From: Felis catus
Taxonomy: Eukaryota
Direction: 5' to 3'
Assembly (NCBI RefSeq): GCF_018350175.1
Contig: NC_058368.1
Span: forward strand, 117,802,001 to 117,866,000
DNA: 64,000 nt
Shown: positions 12,635 through 25,679 of the stretch, one piece after another
Position numbering within the stretch: the first letter of the stretch is position 1
Layout of the letters: every line of letters begins with the position of its first letter
Translations under genes and position numbers: made by a program
Notes under the pieces: generated by a model
Seen by the model: only the letters and a program-made list of their open reading frames with translations
Database searches by the model: none
Told to the model about the DNA's origin: nothing

Positions 12635-13250
12635 AATTTTTTATTGTTTAAATTTTAGTTAAGATAGAATGCAGTATTGGTTTCACGAGTACAAGTCAGT
12701 GATTCATCACTAACATACAACACCCTGTGCTCATCGCACCAAGTGCCGTCCTTAGTACCCATCACCTGTCTAGCCCATCCCTCCGTCAACCCATAGTTTG
12801 GTCTCTATCATTAAGAGTCTCTTGTAGTTTGTTTCCCTCTTTTCTCCCCCTTCCATATGTTCATCTCTTTCGTTTCTTAACTTCCACATACGAGTGAAAT
12901 CATAAGGTATTTGTCTTTCTCTCATTGACTTATTTTGCTTAGCATAATGCATTCTAGCTCCATCTATGTCACTGCAAATGGCAAGGTTTCATTCTTTTTT
13001 ATGGCTGAGTAATATTCCATTGTGTGTATATGTGTGTATACACACACGTGCACACATACCACATCTTTAGCCATTCATCAGTCAGTGGACATTTGGGGTC
13101 TGTCCATAGGTTGGCTATTGTTGATAATGCTGCTACAAACATTGGGGTGCATGTGCTCCTTTGAATTTGTATTTTTGTATCCTTTGGGTAAATACCTAGG
13201 AGTGCAGTTGCTGGATCATAGGGTAGGTCTATTTTTAGTTTCTTGAGAAA
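12635..13250 (-). mobile_element. 5'-truncated carnivore L1 3' end (ORF2 C-terminus + 3' UTR)
   Basis: ORF 12999..13256 FLKKLKIDLPYDPATALLGIYPKD...CTPMFVAALSTIA is the L1 ORF2 C-terminus; degenerate gtaca..ttttt TSD. Confidence 0.93.
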
Positions 13251-14184
13251 GTACAACTATTTTTTTAAAAAACAAGTACATTTTCTTTTGGGATAACCAA
13301 CTCCTACCTCTTCCTGAAAGTGATGTGGTAAAAGTTACAAATCAGCAAAAAAAAAAATCATTAGGCCAGTATAAATTTTCCCTGTATCTCTACTTCCACC
13401 ACCATTTTCTCAACTTTCCTGCCCTAACTGAAACGTCTTAGAGCAGGGGCTGATTTAGGAAATACACTGACTTTGCCTTGATCTACACATTTCATATTTT
13501 GGTGTTAGGTAGATAGGGAGATTTATGGAGAGAATAAGTTCATCTTTATAGAATTAAACTTATGAAACTTATAACAGGGCCCCAGCAATTGTCTAGGTGA
13601 ATCTCATGTCACCAGCAGTCCAGACCACTCCTGTGTCTGTGAGGACATAGTGAATTCGGATCCTGTAGGTTGGGTGTGATGAAAGCCAGTGGGAGATTTT
13701 AAGGCACTCTTTGTTCTTGATGTCAGATCTGCAAGTGACTAGATGTGATTTCATAAATACTCATCCAGGTTAAAGCTGATGGCAGGTAGGGCCTTGGGCC
13801 AGTATTGGGAAAATGTAGAGTAGGGGCAGTCAGGGTTCCAGACTCATCCCGAGAGGAAACTAGAGTGAACAATAAGAACAAAAACAGAGGTTTAGCCGGG
13901 ACAGTGCAGTGGCATAGGCCCCAGAAGTTCAGGCCTTAGGGTAGAGGACTGTTGACAGACCATACCTACTATGAGGAGTCAGGCTCCTAAAACCACTACT
14001 TGATAGAAATAATAGTTCATAAGCCTAGACTAGGCTGATTCCATATGGTAGTGTGTGCTCAGTTCTTGTAGTTTCCAGGGAGAAACTACCAACCTTCAAG
14101 GAGCTTATTGTCTAAGGACAAAACAGTCTTCATATAATACTGGAAGCCAGCGACATGCTTGGCATGTACTCAGTTTCTAGTATA

Positions 14185-14345
14185 TTGTTTCCAGTCCTCA
14201 CAACAACCTTGCAAGATGGAGATTATATTATCTCCATTTTACAGAATTGAGCCCAGAGAAATTAAGTAATTTGCACAGTCATAATAGCTAATAAGTAGCA
14301 CAGGTGAGAGTCACACCCAGGTATTCTAGACTCTAAAGTCCTATG
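14185..14345 (-). mobile_element. MIR
   Basis: ctcacaacaacc...ccattttacaga..gcccagagaaattaagtaatttgc is the MIR core reverse complement. Confidence 0.8.
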
Positions 14346-15049
14346 TGTATTCTGTAGTTCCCTTAGATTATATGGTAACTGTCCCATGGAAATAGACCAG
14401 GAGATTAGCTCTGATTAGTAACAGAACTCCTTAGAATACTTTTATTTGACAAGGATACATATTTAGGAGCCTGTTAAACGTTATTTAGCGAACATGTATA
14501 GACCACTTTTTTTTTTTTTTTTTTTACAATGTGCTATGTATTTTGTAATGGATAGGTAGAAAGTTTTGAATAAGGCAGTACTCCTGCTATACAAGAACTT
14601 AAAGACAGCTGGGGAAAAGGCCCCCAAATACCAATATCTAAGCAGCACAGGTGCCGTGAACATGAAGAACTGTGACTTTTTACTATGTGATTGTGGGGGA
14701 AATGGGATTTGAAGTGGATCCTGAGTTTTGATGGATAAGAACATTCCGAAAGGAAAAGTCCAGAAAGCAGACATGAATTTAGCCGGTGTGGGAAAGGGTC
14801 TATGAATGTAGTACTTGATTTTGCTTGAGCAAAGAGTTGTGACCAGACTATAGGCTGTAGAATGTTTTGAATGCTAGGTTGAGGCATGTAGGCTTATGTG
14901 TGGGTCACAAGAATCTTTGTGAAAGTTTTTGAGCAGGGATATGATAAGACAAGTATGGTGTTTTAGAAACATTAACCCAGCAGCAATTTGTAGGAGGAAT
15001 GATAGTACAGATACCAAGGACAGGAAGAACAGTTAGAAGGCACCTACAA

Positions 15050-15247
15050 GGAGCACCTGGGTGGCTCAGTTGGCTAAGCATCAAACTCTTGATTTAGGCT
15101 CAGGTCATGTTCTCACAATGAGTTCAAGCCCTGAGTCAGGTTCTGCACGTACAGTGCAGATTCTCTTTCCCTCTCCATCTGCCCCTCTGCGGCTTGCGCA
15201 TGTGCTCTGTCTCAAAAGTAAATAAATAAACTTTTTTTTTTTTAAAA
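15050..15247 (+). mobile_element. Can-SINE at the edge of an L2-like remnant
   Basis: TSD agaaggcacct. Confidence 0.9.
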
Positions 15248-15446
15248 GAAGGCACCTGCATCATTACTAGAAATTACTTCCCTGTCTTTCTGTAGTATGT
15301 CTTTGAGTATTTATGCAAAAAAAAAAAAAAAACAAAACCCAATTAGTTTCTAATTAGGCAAGGCCTTATTTTTCCTAATATGAAGTCAGAAACTGGGTAC
15401 TTAGTATTTTAAAAAAAACAAAACAAACACAGTCTTGTAAAAATTT

Positions 15447-15940
15447 CTTCCTCCCTCCCTCCCTCCCTCCCTCCCTTCCTTCCTTCCTTCCTTCCTTCCT
15501 TCCTTCCTTCCTTCCTTCCTTCCTTCCTTCCTTCCTTCCTTCCTCTTTTGAGAGAGAGAGAGGGTGCAAGTGAGCGAGAGGCAGAGAGAGAGAAGCAGGG
15601 TTTACTTGAAGCAAGGCTTGAGCTCACCCAAAGCAGGGCTCACGCTCACCTGATGCAGAACTCGAACTCACAAACAGCAAGATCATGACCTGAGCCAAAG
15701 TCAGATGCTTAACCGGCTGAGCCACACAGGTGCCCCTCCTTTTTTTTTTTTTTAAACAGTTTGTTTATTTTGAGAGAGAAAGCACTAGTGGGGGAGGGGC
15801 AGAGAGAGGGAGAGGGAGAATTCCAAGCATGTTTCAGTGCTGTCAGCACAGGGCCCAATTCAGGGCTCAAACCCATGAATTGTGAGATCATGACCTGAGC
15901 CAAAGTTAGACACTTAACCGACCGAGCATCCACGTGCCCC
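15447..15940 (-). mobile_element. Tandem Can-SINE pair (15741-15940 and 15546-15736) sharing one outer TSD
   Basis: tcttgtaaaaattt at 15433-15446 and 15941-15954. Confidence 0.9.
15448..15545 (+). repeat. Compound (CCCT)n(CCTT)n microsatellite at a SINE tail
   Basis: direct reading; source of the spurious RKEG-repeat ORFs. Confidence 0.95.
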
Positions 15941-16910
15941 TCTTGTAAAAATTTGTGACAGGAGACGAAGTGTGTTAAGTTTGAAATGGAAGCTGCCCCT
16001 TACATTTCCATTTCTCCAGTACACCCTCCCCAGGTGAACCCTAGCTTGTTATGGATTTCCCAGCCTCCTTTCTGTCTGTGTAGGGTGAGTTTGGATTGTC
16101 CCTAAAGGTTTTTTTTTCCCTTTTTTTCCTTTTGTGCATTTGAGGAACCTTCATTGGACTGTGTACAAATCTGGCTTTTACTTTTAAGTGTATATTCATA
16201 TGTGTTTCAGTATTTCAACACATAACGTACATCAGTTGAAAAGGTGGGCCACATGGTTAATGGTGGTCAGGGTCCTGTTCCTCCTAGACTTGGAGTAATA
16301 TGTTTTCAAGTTAGGATGGAAAGGATCCTCTCCGCCAATAAGCTTGGAAGTGAGGTTGTTTCAGACCTTTATGCTAATGTGAACAAAATGGTTGTAAAAT
16401 TGAGCACTGGGCAGCCCCACAGCCTCTTCATGTGTGATCTTGCTATTCTTTTTCTCCCATGTCTTATAAAAATTTGAACTTCTTAATTAGGTCCTGGATT
16501 ACTAGTATCTGGGCCCTCAGCAGGCCCTGGGTTACTGATTCTAGAATGTAAGGCAAATTTAAGCCAAATATTTATTTTTTCTTTACATATATTTGAGTGA
16601 ATACTTCTCTTTGAACTTTATAATTTTTGAAGTGTATTCTTAAAGAACTTGGGTTATAAAATAAACAGTTCATTTAGAAAACTATAGAGGTAGAAGAAAG
16701 ATTTGCTTGTTCTCTAATTGTATCTTTTACTTAAAAGACAAAATGAAATTTTTAACACATACTGAACCTTAATGCTCATCATTTTGAATTGAGCCAAAGC
16801 GGTAAATTTTCTCCTTGGTACTCACTTTTATTCCTTTCCTTATTTTTCTTGATGCTTTTCATTTGCCTACAAATAATTCATTTTGATCTTACCTTTCTCT
16901 TTTCATTTAG

Positions 16911-16998
16911 GATGAAGACTTTGTGGGTCGGGATGACTTTGATGATGCTGACCAGCTGAGGATAGGAAATGATGGGATTTTCATGTTAACTTTTTTCA
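16911..16998 (+). CDS. NDFIP1: NDFIP1 coding exon 4 (88 nt): DEDFVGRDDFDDADQLRIGNDGIFMLTFF
   Basis: polypyrimidine tract + tttag|GAT acceptor, TTCA|gtaagt donor. Confidence 0.98.
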
Positions 16999-17267
16999 GT
17001 AAGTAAATACACATAGTAGGACCACCTCTCACCAACCAGAGTGCTTTGAAGTATGGCCGTATCTGACTGAATTAAAATGACTAGTTGAACTAATATTTTA
17101 ATACATTGTATGCATTTGATGCCTCTTATTGAGATGTTCAGAACTTAGTATACATTTTTCTTAATATTCCTTCTGTTTGTCTTCTCTTATGTCTATAGAA
17201 AATATAACTGAAGTAGTTATGGAGATGCTGTATTTTTACATGAGCTAATAAGTAAGCCTCATCTTTT

Positions 17268-17495
17268 TTTTTTTTTTTTTAAATTTTTTTTTTTGAACGT
17301 TTATTTATTTTTGGGACAGAGACAGAGCATGAACGGGGGAGGGGCAGAGAGAGAGAGGGAGACACAGAATCAGAAACAGGCTCCAGGCTCTGAGCCATCA
17401 GCCCAGAGCCCGACGCGGGGCTCGAACTCACGGACCGCGAGATCGTGACCTGGCTGAAGTCGGACGCTTAACCGACTGCGCCACCCAGGCGCCCC
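17268..17495 (-). mobile_element. Very young Can-SINE
   Basis: CpGs intact, long T tail, perfect 17-bp TSD agtaagcctcatctttt. Confidence 0.97.
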
Positions 17496-18135
17496 AGTAA
17501 GCCTCATCTTTTAGGTCTGCCAGGATCCTTGGCATTGCTCCTACTCAGACCTGACCTGTAGAGTAGGAATTGAAGACCTTAGTCTGATTGATTTTGCCTT
17601 TTTTTTTTTTTTTTTTTTTTGCAAGCTTCTATTTTCTGACAGATCAAAGTCAGCCGAATTTTTTTTCCCCTCCTTGATGTTATTTTGCATTTATCTGTTC
17701 CTGAGTGTCACTTAGAAGTGAGCAACCATTTTTTTAATTTGCGGTATTAAAAAGATTAGATATAAAGGAAATGCAGTGCTTTTAGAGGCGATGCTATGTA
17801 GCTGTCAAGATTCATAGAAGTAGGACGATGAATAACTTGAATCAGATTATTTTATTTACTGAAGTGTAATACATAAAAGGGCACAAGTCATAAGTATACA
17901 GTTAGGTGAATGTTAAGGCATTTTTGAAAGTGAATAGCAATAGATATATTTTCTTGTTTGCTTTTGGGAGGAAGACAGAATGGATGTAGGAGGTAAGGGA
18001 AGTGTTATGGTGGATGGGCTGGGCTTTTATCCTTGGAAAAACCATTTAAGCAAAAGCAAGTGTAGAAGGCACTCTTACCATAATAACAGGACATGTTTGA
18101 CATGTTTTGTTTTTTTTTCTTCTCTGCCTTTACAG

Positions 18136-18260
18136 TGGCATTCCTCTTTAACTGGATTGGATTTTTCCTGTCTTTTTGTCTGACCACCTCAGCTGCAGGA
18201 AGGTATGGGGCCATTTCAGGATTTGGTCTCTCTCTAATTAAGTGGATCCTGATTGTCAGG
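18136..18260 (+). CDS. NDFIP1: NDFIP1 coding exon 5 (125 nt): (M)AFLFNWIGFFLSFCLTTSAAGRYGAISGFGLSLIKWILIVR, transmembrane segments
   Basis: tttacag|TG acceptor, AGG|gtaagt donor; visible inside ORF-track entry 18093..18377. Confidence 0.98.
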
Positions 18261-19394
18261 GTAAGTTGTATACCAGAAAAGATAGACCCTTTGAGAAACA
18301 AGAAGTGGAATAAGTTTGAATATTTGATTTTTTTTTTCATGTGTTGTTGCTTAGCATTATCTCTACATTTAAAATGATTTTAGGTTTGTCTTTATTCTGG
18401 CTTCATGAAGTTGAACCTAAATCATTTGCAGTTGGTTCGTGCATGCAAGTCTTATACTTAAATCTAGTGAATATTGGTGGCCCCAAGGTATCTATCTTAC
18501 AGGTTGTTCACAAGTTGCTTTCTCTGCTTTTAATGTTTATAATAGGATAATATGTGTGTTTGTTCTGAAATTAGTTGTTTTTATGACAAAAAGAAAGATA
18601 ACACTTCTTTGGTGTCTCATTAAAAATAGGCATTCCTCTCACCCTCTCAATAATTCTACTAAAGTTTTAGTTTATCTTTCTTCTTCCCTCTTTCTTTCAC
18701 TTTGTTTCTCCCCCCTTCTTCCCTCTCTTCAGAGCTCTCTTCCTCCCCTCCAGGGTTGTTTATCAGTAGCATCAGTGGTTATACCAAAATGTCTGGGAGC
18801 TGAAACTGTTTAACAAGTGCTACTCCATTAGGGGACTTTATCTCTACAGTATATTAGAGAGAAATCATCAGTGATCTGGGAGTTATCAGGTAGTCACAAT
18901 TGTTGAAGTAATTTATACTTAAAAAAAAATCTAGTCTCTTAAAGTGTACTGCGATTTCATATAAGTTTATTGCTTTTATAGATAAAAATCAATGTATCCA
19001 TCACAAATTGGCATTATAAACTAATTAATGGGTGTTGACTGACAAGTGGAGTTTTTCAGATTTATTTATTTTAACCAGTTGTTAACATTTTTAGGATTGC
19101 AAGTTCCTTTGAGAGTCTGGTAAAAGTTAAGGACTTTTCCCCCAGATGGCTAATATATATTCATCTGAGACAAGCCTTCAGGTTAAGAGCCTGAGTCCTA
19201 AAGAGGTTTCTCGTTCCTTCTGTCTTAAATTGTTATTCTATTAGGAGATAAAATGCTATATTTTAACACTGAGACTGTGTTAAATTCTTGGACACTGAAG
19301 CCCCCGGTAGAAAACAGAGATAAAATTAGTTACCAATCTTTTTTTTAACTAAAATTTTCAGAGCTGACTAAATTTTAAAACTGAATTGAGTGAA

Positions 19395-19760
19395 TCAACT
19401 TGTATCAGGATGGCCTGGTCTGTAACAGAAAACGGGTTCAACATGGCTTAGAAAACCGTGGAGCACATTTATTTCCCATGAAAACAAGCCCTGACGTGGA
19501 GGATAGTTAAATCAGCGTGTCATTGACATCATTAGGGACAGTTGCCGCTTCTGCTCAGCATGTTAGTACAGCTGCTCCTCCCTCAGGGTGAAAACGGCCA
19601 TAGCAGTTTCAACGCATCACAGCAGAAGCACAGCAGTGCTCAGCAGAAGAAAGACAACTGTTTCTTCTCTTGCTTTTCTCTCCACATGCAAGAAGACCTT
19701 AGCAGCCCTCAATTCCCATTGGCCAGAATGTGCCATTATTTGGCAAAGGAATCGAATTAT
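19395..19760. mobile_element. Old MaLR (MLT1-like) LTR remnant
   Basis: tgtaacagaaaac..ggcttag..atttattt and ccattggccagaa motifs typical of MLT1; subfamily not resolvable. Confidence 0.5.
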
Positions 19761-20195
19761 TGTGTTGTACATGATAAAGCTTGCAAAGTGAAGGCATACC
19801 TGGAAGAATAGGAACAAAATAATTGGTTCTGTCACTGGGTAAGCAAAGTCAAAGGGTCATCGAAACGTATTTCTAGAAGGATGAATATTACGTGGGCAAA
19901 AAAACCAAAAAAACAAAAAAAACCTTTTAAAAAATAAACAGATTTGAGCACTGCAAAACAAGGAGTCTATAAGACAAAATCATATCTCAAGATTGCCTTT
20001 CCATGAAAGGAAATGTCTCTGCATATGTCCTAACCATTTCATGTCAGTAATACATAAAATATTTTCATTTAAAAAAATTGCAGGAGCTAAATGATAGCAT
20101 TAGTATGCAAAAGTCTTGTGTTTTGTGTGCCCTTAAGTTGAAACGTGAAATTGTATTTGCTAAGCTGCTATAAAATTGTTTGCTTTATTTTTCAG

Positions 20196-20262
20196 TTTTC
20201 CACCTATTTCCCTGGATATTTTGATGGTCAGTACTGGCTCTGGTGGGTGTTCCTGGTTTTAG
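20196..20262 (+). CDS. NDFIP1: NDFIP1 coding exon 6 (67 nt): FSTYFPGYFDGQYWLWWVFLVL
   Basis: tttttcag|TTT acceptor, TTAG|gtaagt donor. Confidence 0.98.
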
Positions 20263-22149
20263 GTAAGTGCTTTTAACGTAGACAAAGGAGAGAAAAGATA
20301 TTTTTAATTTTAGAAGTAAAATTGCTTTTAGTAAACTCTTATCTTGCTTATGATACAGTAATATATTACCAATAGTAAGTATAATTTTTAAAACATTTCT
20401 TAAAGGCTAGGTTGTTGTCACCATTAGAGTAACAAGCAGGTTAATAAAAGGTCTCTCAGTGGTAGGTTTTTCCTAACCCATTCGTATATACTTCTCAGGT
20501 TTCCCATGTGACCAGTGGGGCATGGTAATATGACTTTATAGTTTGTGAGTATTTTTCCCCTTGAGAGTATTCATGACAAAAGGGTTCACAAACTTAACCC
20601 CAAATTATTTATAGGTATATTATAACAAATTGAACTAACTACTCAGGCATGTATGTGGCCAATCTTCAGTCAGATCTGTCAGCAAGAAACAAAATGTATA
20701 GTCTTACTAGACATAACTTCTGGAAGAATCATTATTGGGTTTCTAGAACTCTTTAGTTCAGTACTGGTGAGAATAAGAATGATTTTGCAATTAAAAGAAT
20801 ATAATATGCTAGGCATTTCAGGTTGTTCATCTTAAGATTATCTTTTTTTGCTCTGTATTTAAAAATTTTTTCTTCTAAGACATTTTAAAGCAAAGAAATG
20901 AACAGTGGGGTGAATAGTTTTGGCTTCTTTCTTTGTGAAGAAAATATTTATGATACAATAACTGACCACCATCACTGTTGTCATTTCTATAGAACCATAG
21001 CAGGGTCATCCTGTTGAAGATAGTATAATTGCCTCGCCCACTTCTATGATATCGCTTTCTCCTGTCTCCTGTTTTGGGCCGCCTTGTTACCTCCTTAATC
21101 AAGATCCTTGGTGGCAACGCTACTAATGGGTCTAGTTAGCACAGTGTAGCACCCATGCCCAACAGGTGCTTAATATATTCAGGACCTACCTGCTTTGCCC
21201 AAGGTGATAGACCATGCATTGGTGAACCTAAATTTTACTTAGAAAATACAAACCTTATATCACACCATCCCCCACTTCCCCAGTAGCATCATCTATTCTA
21301 CTAATAGTCTTTGGAATTCTAAGGAAAGATAAATCATAGCCCCCCCGCCCCTTAATCTTAAGGCACTTAATAATAAAAATGACCCATAGAAGAGTTACTT
21401 TGGAGGAATAGTTTCTTGGCTTGCTTATTCTTGAAAATGTATCTTTACGAAAAAGGGTGACTTTCCTTTATCCCCCAAGCCTAAATTCAGACAAGTCCTG
21501 AATGGACCAAAGGAGAGGCATTAAATACGTATTTTTAGGTTGATTGTTGACAACATAGATAATTTATAGAAACTTAATGAACTGATTTCCTTCCTTTATT
21601 AAAGTTTCTTGGGAGAAGAATTTACCATACTTGCAATTAGTCATTCTGTTTATCTTACTGCTTACTAGTAAGCGAAAAAACAGTGACACTTAGGATATAA
21701 CTTGTGCATTTGGATCCAATGTTTAGATCATTTTGGGAATTTCTCTTGCAGAGAGAACCAATTCTTGGGTGTTTTGTAAATATTTTGTTTGTTGTTTTGC
21801 TAGGAACAAGTCTACACAGAGCTCTCAAGCTGGCACTCCATGAGCTACATCTAGCCTGTAGTTATAATTTGTTCTACAGTTATTTTCAGAGGTTTTTTAA
21901 AAATTACTTGCCATCACTTATAAATCAAGAGTTTCCATATAAAACGTCTCAATTTTTTTACTTTTCTTAAAAATTGGAATATCTAGCAAAACAGGCCTAT
22001 ATTTCCACCTGGCCCCCACCCTTTGACTGGAGCTGAGTTGTAGGCATCCACTCCATATTAACCACTCATTTCACCAGGATTCCACAACCCAGCACGTGAT
22101 GGGGTAACCCCTGCTCTCTAGTCACTTACTACTTTTGCTGCCAAACAGA

Positions 22150-22343
22150 ATGGGAATGAGGAGTGCTTGCTGAATGGGTACAGATTTTTTAGGGGTCATA
22201 AAAATGTTCTCAAGTTAAAATAATAGTTTTGGTTGTACAGCTTTATATTTCTACTAAAATTAAATAAAGCCAGTGAATGGTATACATTAAATGAGTGAAG
22301 CTTATGGTATGTGAATTATATCACCATAAAGGTGTTTTTAAAA
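22150..22343 (+). mobile_element. L1M 3'-end fragment
   Basis: aatgggtacagattt...aaaatgttct...ttatggtatgtgaattatatc..ataaa. Confidence 0.8.
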
Positions 22344-23160
22344 TGTCTCTTAAGACTCAGGGAAGAGCTCTGGAGGAAGGTCAGAAGAGAGTGAGCTGTC
22401 ATTAGAGGGGGCATACCCCCTTCCCGGGGGGAGGAGGGGGTTGGTTGTTACAAGAGGTGAAAACTGAATGTAAATAGCTTTTGGTGTAGACTTACAAAAT
22501 CAGCCTCACTCCTTCAGTGCCTGGTAAATAAAGGGCAGAGTGAACCCTACTTGTATATATATTTTTAAGAATAGAGAAATTAAATTTAGAGTTGAGAATG
22601 TAAGAATTGCTGTAAAAACAAAAACAAAACGAAACAAAATATAAAAAGAATTGCTGTAATAGGTTAAGGGGATCCTGACACCTAGTGGACAGCATATGTA
22701 CAGTTGACAGGAAAAAAAAAAAAAAACAAACTTTGACAAGAGGGATGGGTTTTTTTGTTTTTGTTTTTTTTCTTGAGAAAAATATTTTATAACCTGTCTT
22801 TTTTGGGGGGCTTAATTATCTTGAAATACTGTTTTGGAACCCAGAAGGTAGGTTTTCATAATGCCTTTCAGTGAGGTTATCAAATAATAGAGGTTTAGCT
22901 CTATCTTTTTTTTTAATTTGCCTTTTAGACCAATTAGATTCTGAATGTGCAAAAAGACTTTCATTTGGGCTCTCAAGATTATGTCTTCTCAATGAGAAAT
23001 GGAAAATTTTGTATGAAAATCCTTTGGAAATTGCTCATGTTTTGATAACTTTTAGCAGAAAAATGATGAAATAGTGCTATCAATAGGGATATTTCTGTGG
23101 GGAGGGTGTACTTAATACAGAAATTATAAATTCATTCTTGATTTTTCTTTTTTAAATCAG

Positions 23161-23264
23161 GTTTTCTCCTGTTTCTCAGAGGATTTATCAATTATGCAAA
23201 AGTTCGGAAGATGCCAGAAACGTTCTCAAATCTCCCTAGGACCAGAGTTCTCTTTATTTATTAA
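23161..23264 (+). CDS. NDFIP1: NDFIP1 coding part of exon 7: (G)FLLFLRGFINYAKVRKMPETFSNLPRTRVLFIY*; exon continues 2 nt to 23266
   Basis: ttttaaatcag|GT acceptor; TAA at 23262-23264, then AG|gtatta donor. Confidence 0.97.
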
Positions 23265-24156
23265 AGGTATTACACAAAACGTTATTCTAGTCCCAGTATA
23301 ATCATGTGATACATTGCCAATTTTTCTCCACGATCAGAGTAGAGTATGCCCCCTGTAGTTGGAAATATAGAGAAGGTAAGGAAGCCATAGTCCTTGCCTT
23401 TTTGGCAGTTTCTAGTTTAGTTAAGGCGTGTTTTCATTAAAAGCTGTTGAAATGGGCAAGTTGGAAAAACTACCATAGGAGAAAACATTATCTCATGTTC
23501 TGACAGTATAGAAGAGGCAGGGGTCTTCATAGTCTTTGGGAAGCTAGGATATTTGGCTGTAACTACGGGGTCCAGGATCTTTGAATCCTGAATCCTGAAG
23601 CCACTGCTTATTGTACCAGCTCCAGAGGATAGCATTGAGAGGGAGCCTTTTAGGCCTAATCACTTGGCTGTAATTACATAGGTCCCCCAAACCCCAGAGC
23701 TCCAATGGGAAGAAACCATTGTCTGCATGAGGAACTCCTTTTGCCTAGGCTACTTACAAGCCCAGTAAGGCTTCCATCTCTTAAAATTAGTCAGGAGACT
23801 TTCCTGGTGCCCTTCTTCACGTTCACACCCTGACATTACCACTCTGGTGGTAAGGAGGGTCAAACCCAAGGAAAGGAAGGGGAATGGACCTTTATCTCTG
23901 CCTAGAAGAAGAGGACTAAGCCCTGCTAAGGCTCCTCTTTGATTCCTATGTGGTTTTCTCCAGAGCTTAGCTCCATCTTCCATCTTTAGCTGCAAAAAGG
24001 AAGAGCTATGGAATCTTGGGAAAGAGTATACCAGAGAGAGTCCTCTCTGGTAACAAGATCTAATAGGACTTCTTAGACTTCACTTTGGGTGGGTTGTGGA
24101 GAGGAATCTCGAACCACCCTAGGGGCTAGGTTAGTTGAAGATCAGACAAGGCTTTG

Positions 24157-24289
24157 GGGCTTTTTTGTGTGTTTTTTGTTTTTGAAGATTTTATTTTAAA
24201 GTAATCTCTACACCCAACATAGGGCTTGAACTCACAACCCTGAGATCAAGAGTCACATGCTGTTCCGACGGGGCTAGCCAGGCACCCCC
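24157..24289 (-). mobile_element. Short old-type Can-SINE
   Basis: gtaatctctacacccaac...ggcacccc; 21-bp TSD tgaagatcagacaaggctttg (24136-24156/24290-24310). Confidence 0.9.
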
Positions 24290-24796
24290 TGAAGATCAGA
24301 CAAGGCTTTGTTTTAAAGGGTGTACCAGTTGACATCCATCTTAAGTGATACGCAGAAATTGGATAGGGTGGGGTAGATTTCAGAATCACCTAAAGCAGAG
24401 TGAAGAGTGTAATAGAGGCAAGAAAGTATGAAGCTTGCTCAAGGGACAGCAGTTTGATTATAGCATAAAGGAGTGTTGAAGGTCAAGGCTGGCAAAGCCA
24501 GCTTGAGACAATGGTTTCAAATATCTTGAGCACTAAGCCCATTTGTAGTGGAACAGTAGAATGCATAGAGCAGCCCTTAAAGTCCAGGGACATGTTGGTT
24601 CAATGCAAGCTAACCCTTTGTGAACATTAATTTGTTCTCTATTTGCTGTGGGTAGTCATAGTTAACAAAAGTAATCAGATGCTAAGAGTGGAGTTCTCCG
24701 TGTTGAAGATTCATGATGGTATCAGGATGTGTGCGTCTAGAAAAGAAACGACCCACCATAATTAATTTGCCAGGTGATGTGAGACAGCGTTAAAAC

Positions 24797-25008
24797 TTTT
24801 TTTTTTTTAATGGTTATTTATTTTTGACAGAGACAGAGACAGAATGCGAGTGGGTTAGGGGCAGAGAGAGAGGGAGACACAGAAGCAGAAGTAGGCTCCA
24901 GGCTCTGAGCTGCAGCACAGAGCCTGACGTGGGGCTCGAACTCACGAGCTGAGATCATGACCTGAGCCGAAGTCGGATGCTCAACTGACTGAGCCACCCA
25001 GGCGCCCC
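24797..25008 (-). mobile_element. Can-SINE
   Basis: TSD agc(g/a)ttaaaactttt. Confidence 0.94.
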
Positions 25009-25032
25009 AGCATTAAAACTTTTTAAGCAAGA

Positions 25033-25140
25033 GGGATGCCTGGTTGACTCAGTCAGGAGAGCATGCCCCTCCTGATCTTGGGGTCGTGGTTTTGAGCCCC
25101 GTGTTGGGTGTAGAGATTACTTCAAAACAAAATCTTCTAA
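25033..25140 (+). mobile_element. Short old-type Can-SINE
   Basis: gggatgcctggttgactcagtc...gggtgtagagattactt. Confidence 0.85.
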
Positions 25141-25679
25141 AAGATAGGTGAAAGTTTTTAAGAAACAGAATAATATGAGAATTTCTTGAATATGACAAAT
25201 TGCATTAAGCATTTCATATGTATAATTAAATGTATTTATGTAAATAACAGAAAGTTACAGTGATAGATGAGGTCAGATACCTGCATGGTAGACTATATTC
25301 CTAAGGCATTTCTTACAAAAGTTAAAGCATGCAAAGAACTTAGGCTTGTATTGGTTAAAGTAAATTTCTTCAAGGCAGTATGTACTTTGATTTGAAAGAA
25401 AACTTTGTTCCTTAAGAGTGCCACATGTGCTGATTTTTTTTCTTTTTTTTTTTTTTAAAGAAATAAAACATTTGAAGTAGGTTTTATTGCATGTTTAAAA
25501 GTATGTGGCATATCCTGAATTTGAATTAGGTTACAAAGTCTGGACTCGGATGGACGTTGACACTGCTGGCCTAATGCCCTAATGTGTTTTTGTGTCTAGG
25601 ACATCCTAACTTTAAGAGACTTATCAGATGTTCTGTGTAGTTTTATGAAGTTACTATTGTCCTCTTTTTTCTTTCCTCT

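Noticed and set aside
12999..13256. 85-aa ORF with a recognisable protein motif
   Set aside because: It is the C-terminal remnant of L1 ORF2 in a 5'-truncated copy.
18093..18377. 94-aa hydrophobic ORF as a stand-alone membrane protein
   Set aside because: It is NDFIP1 exon 5 plus in-frame intronic flanks.
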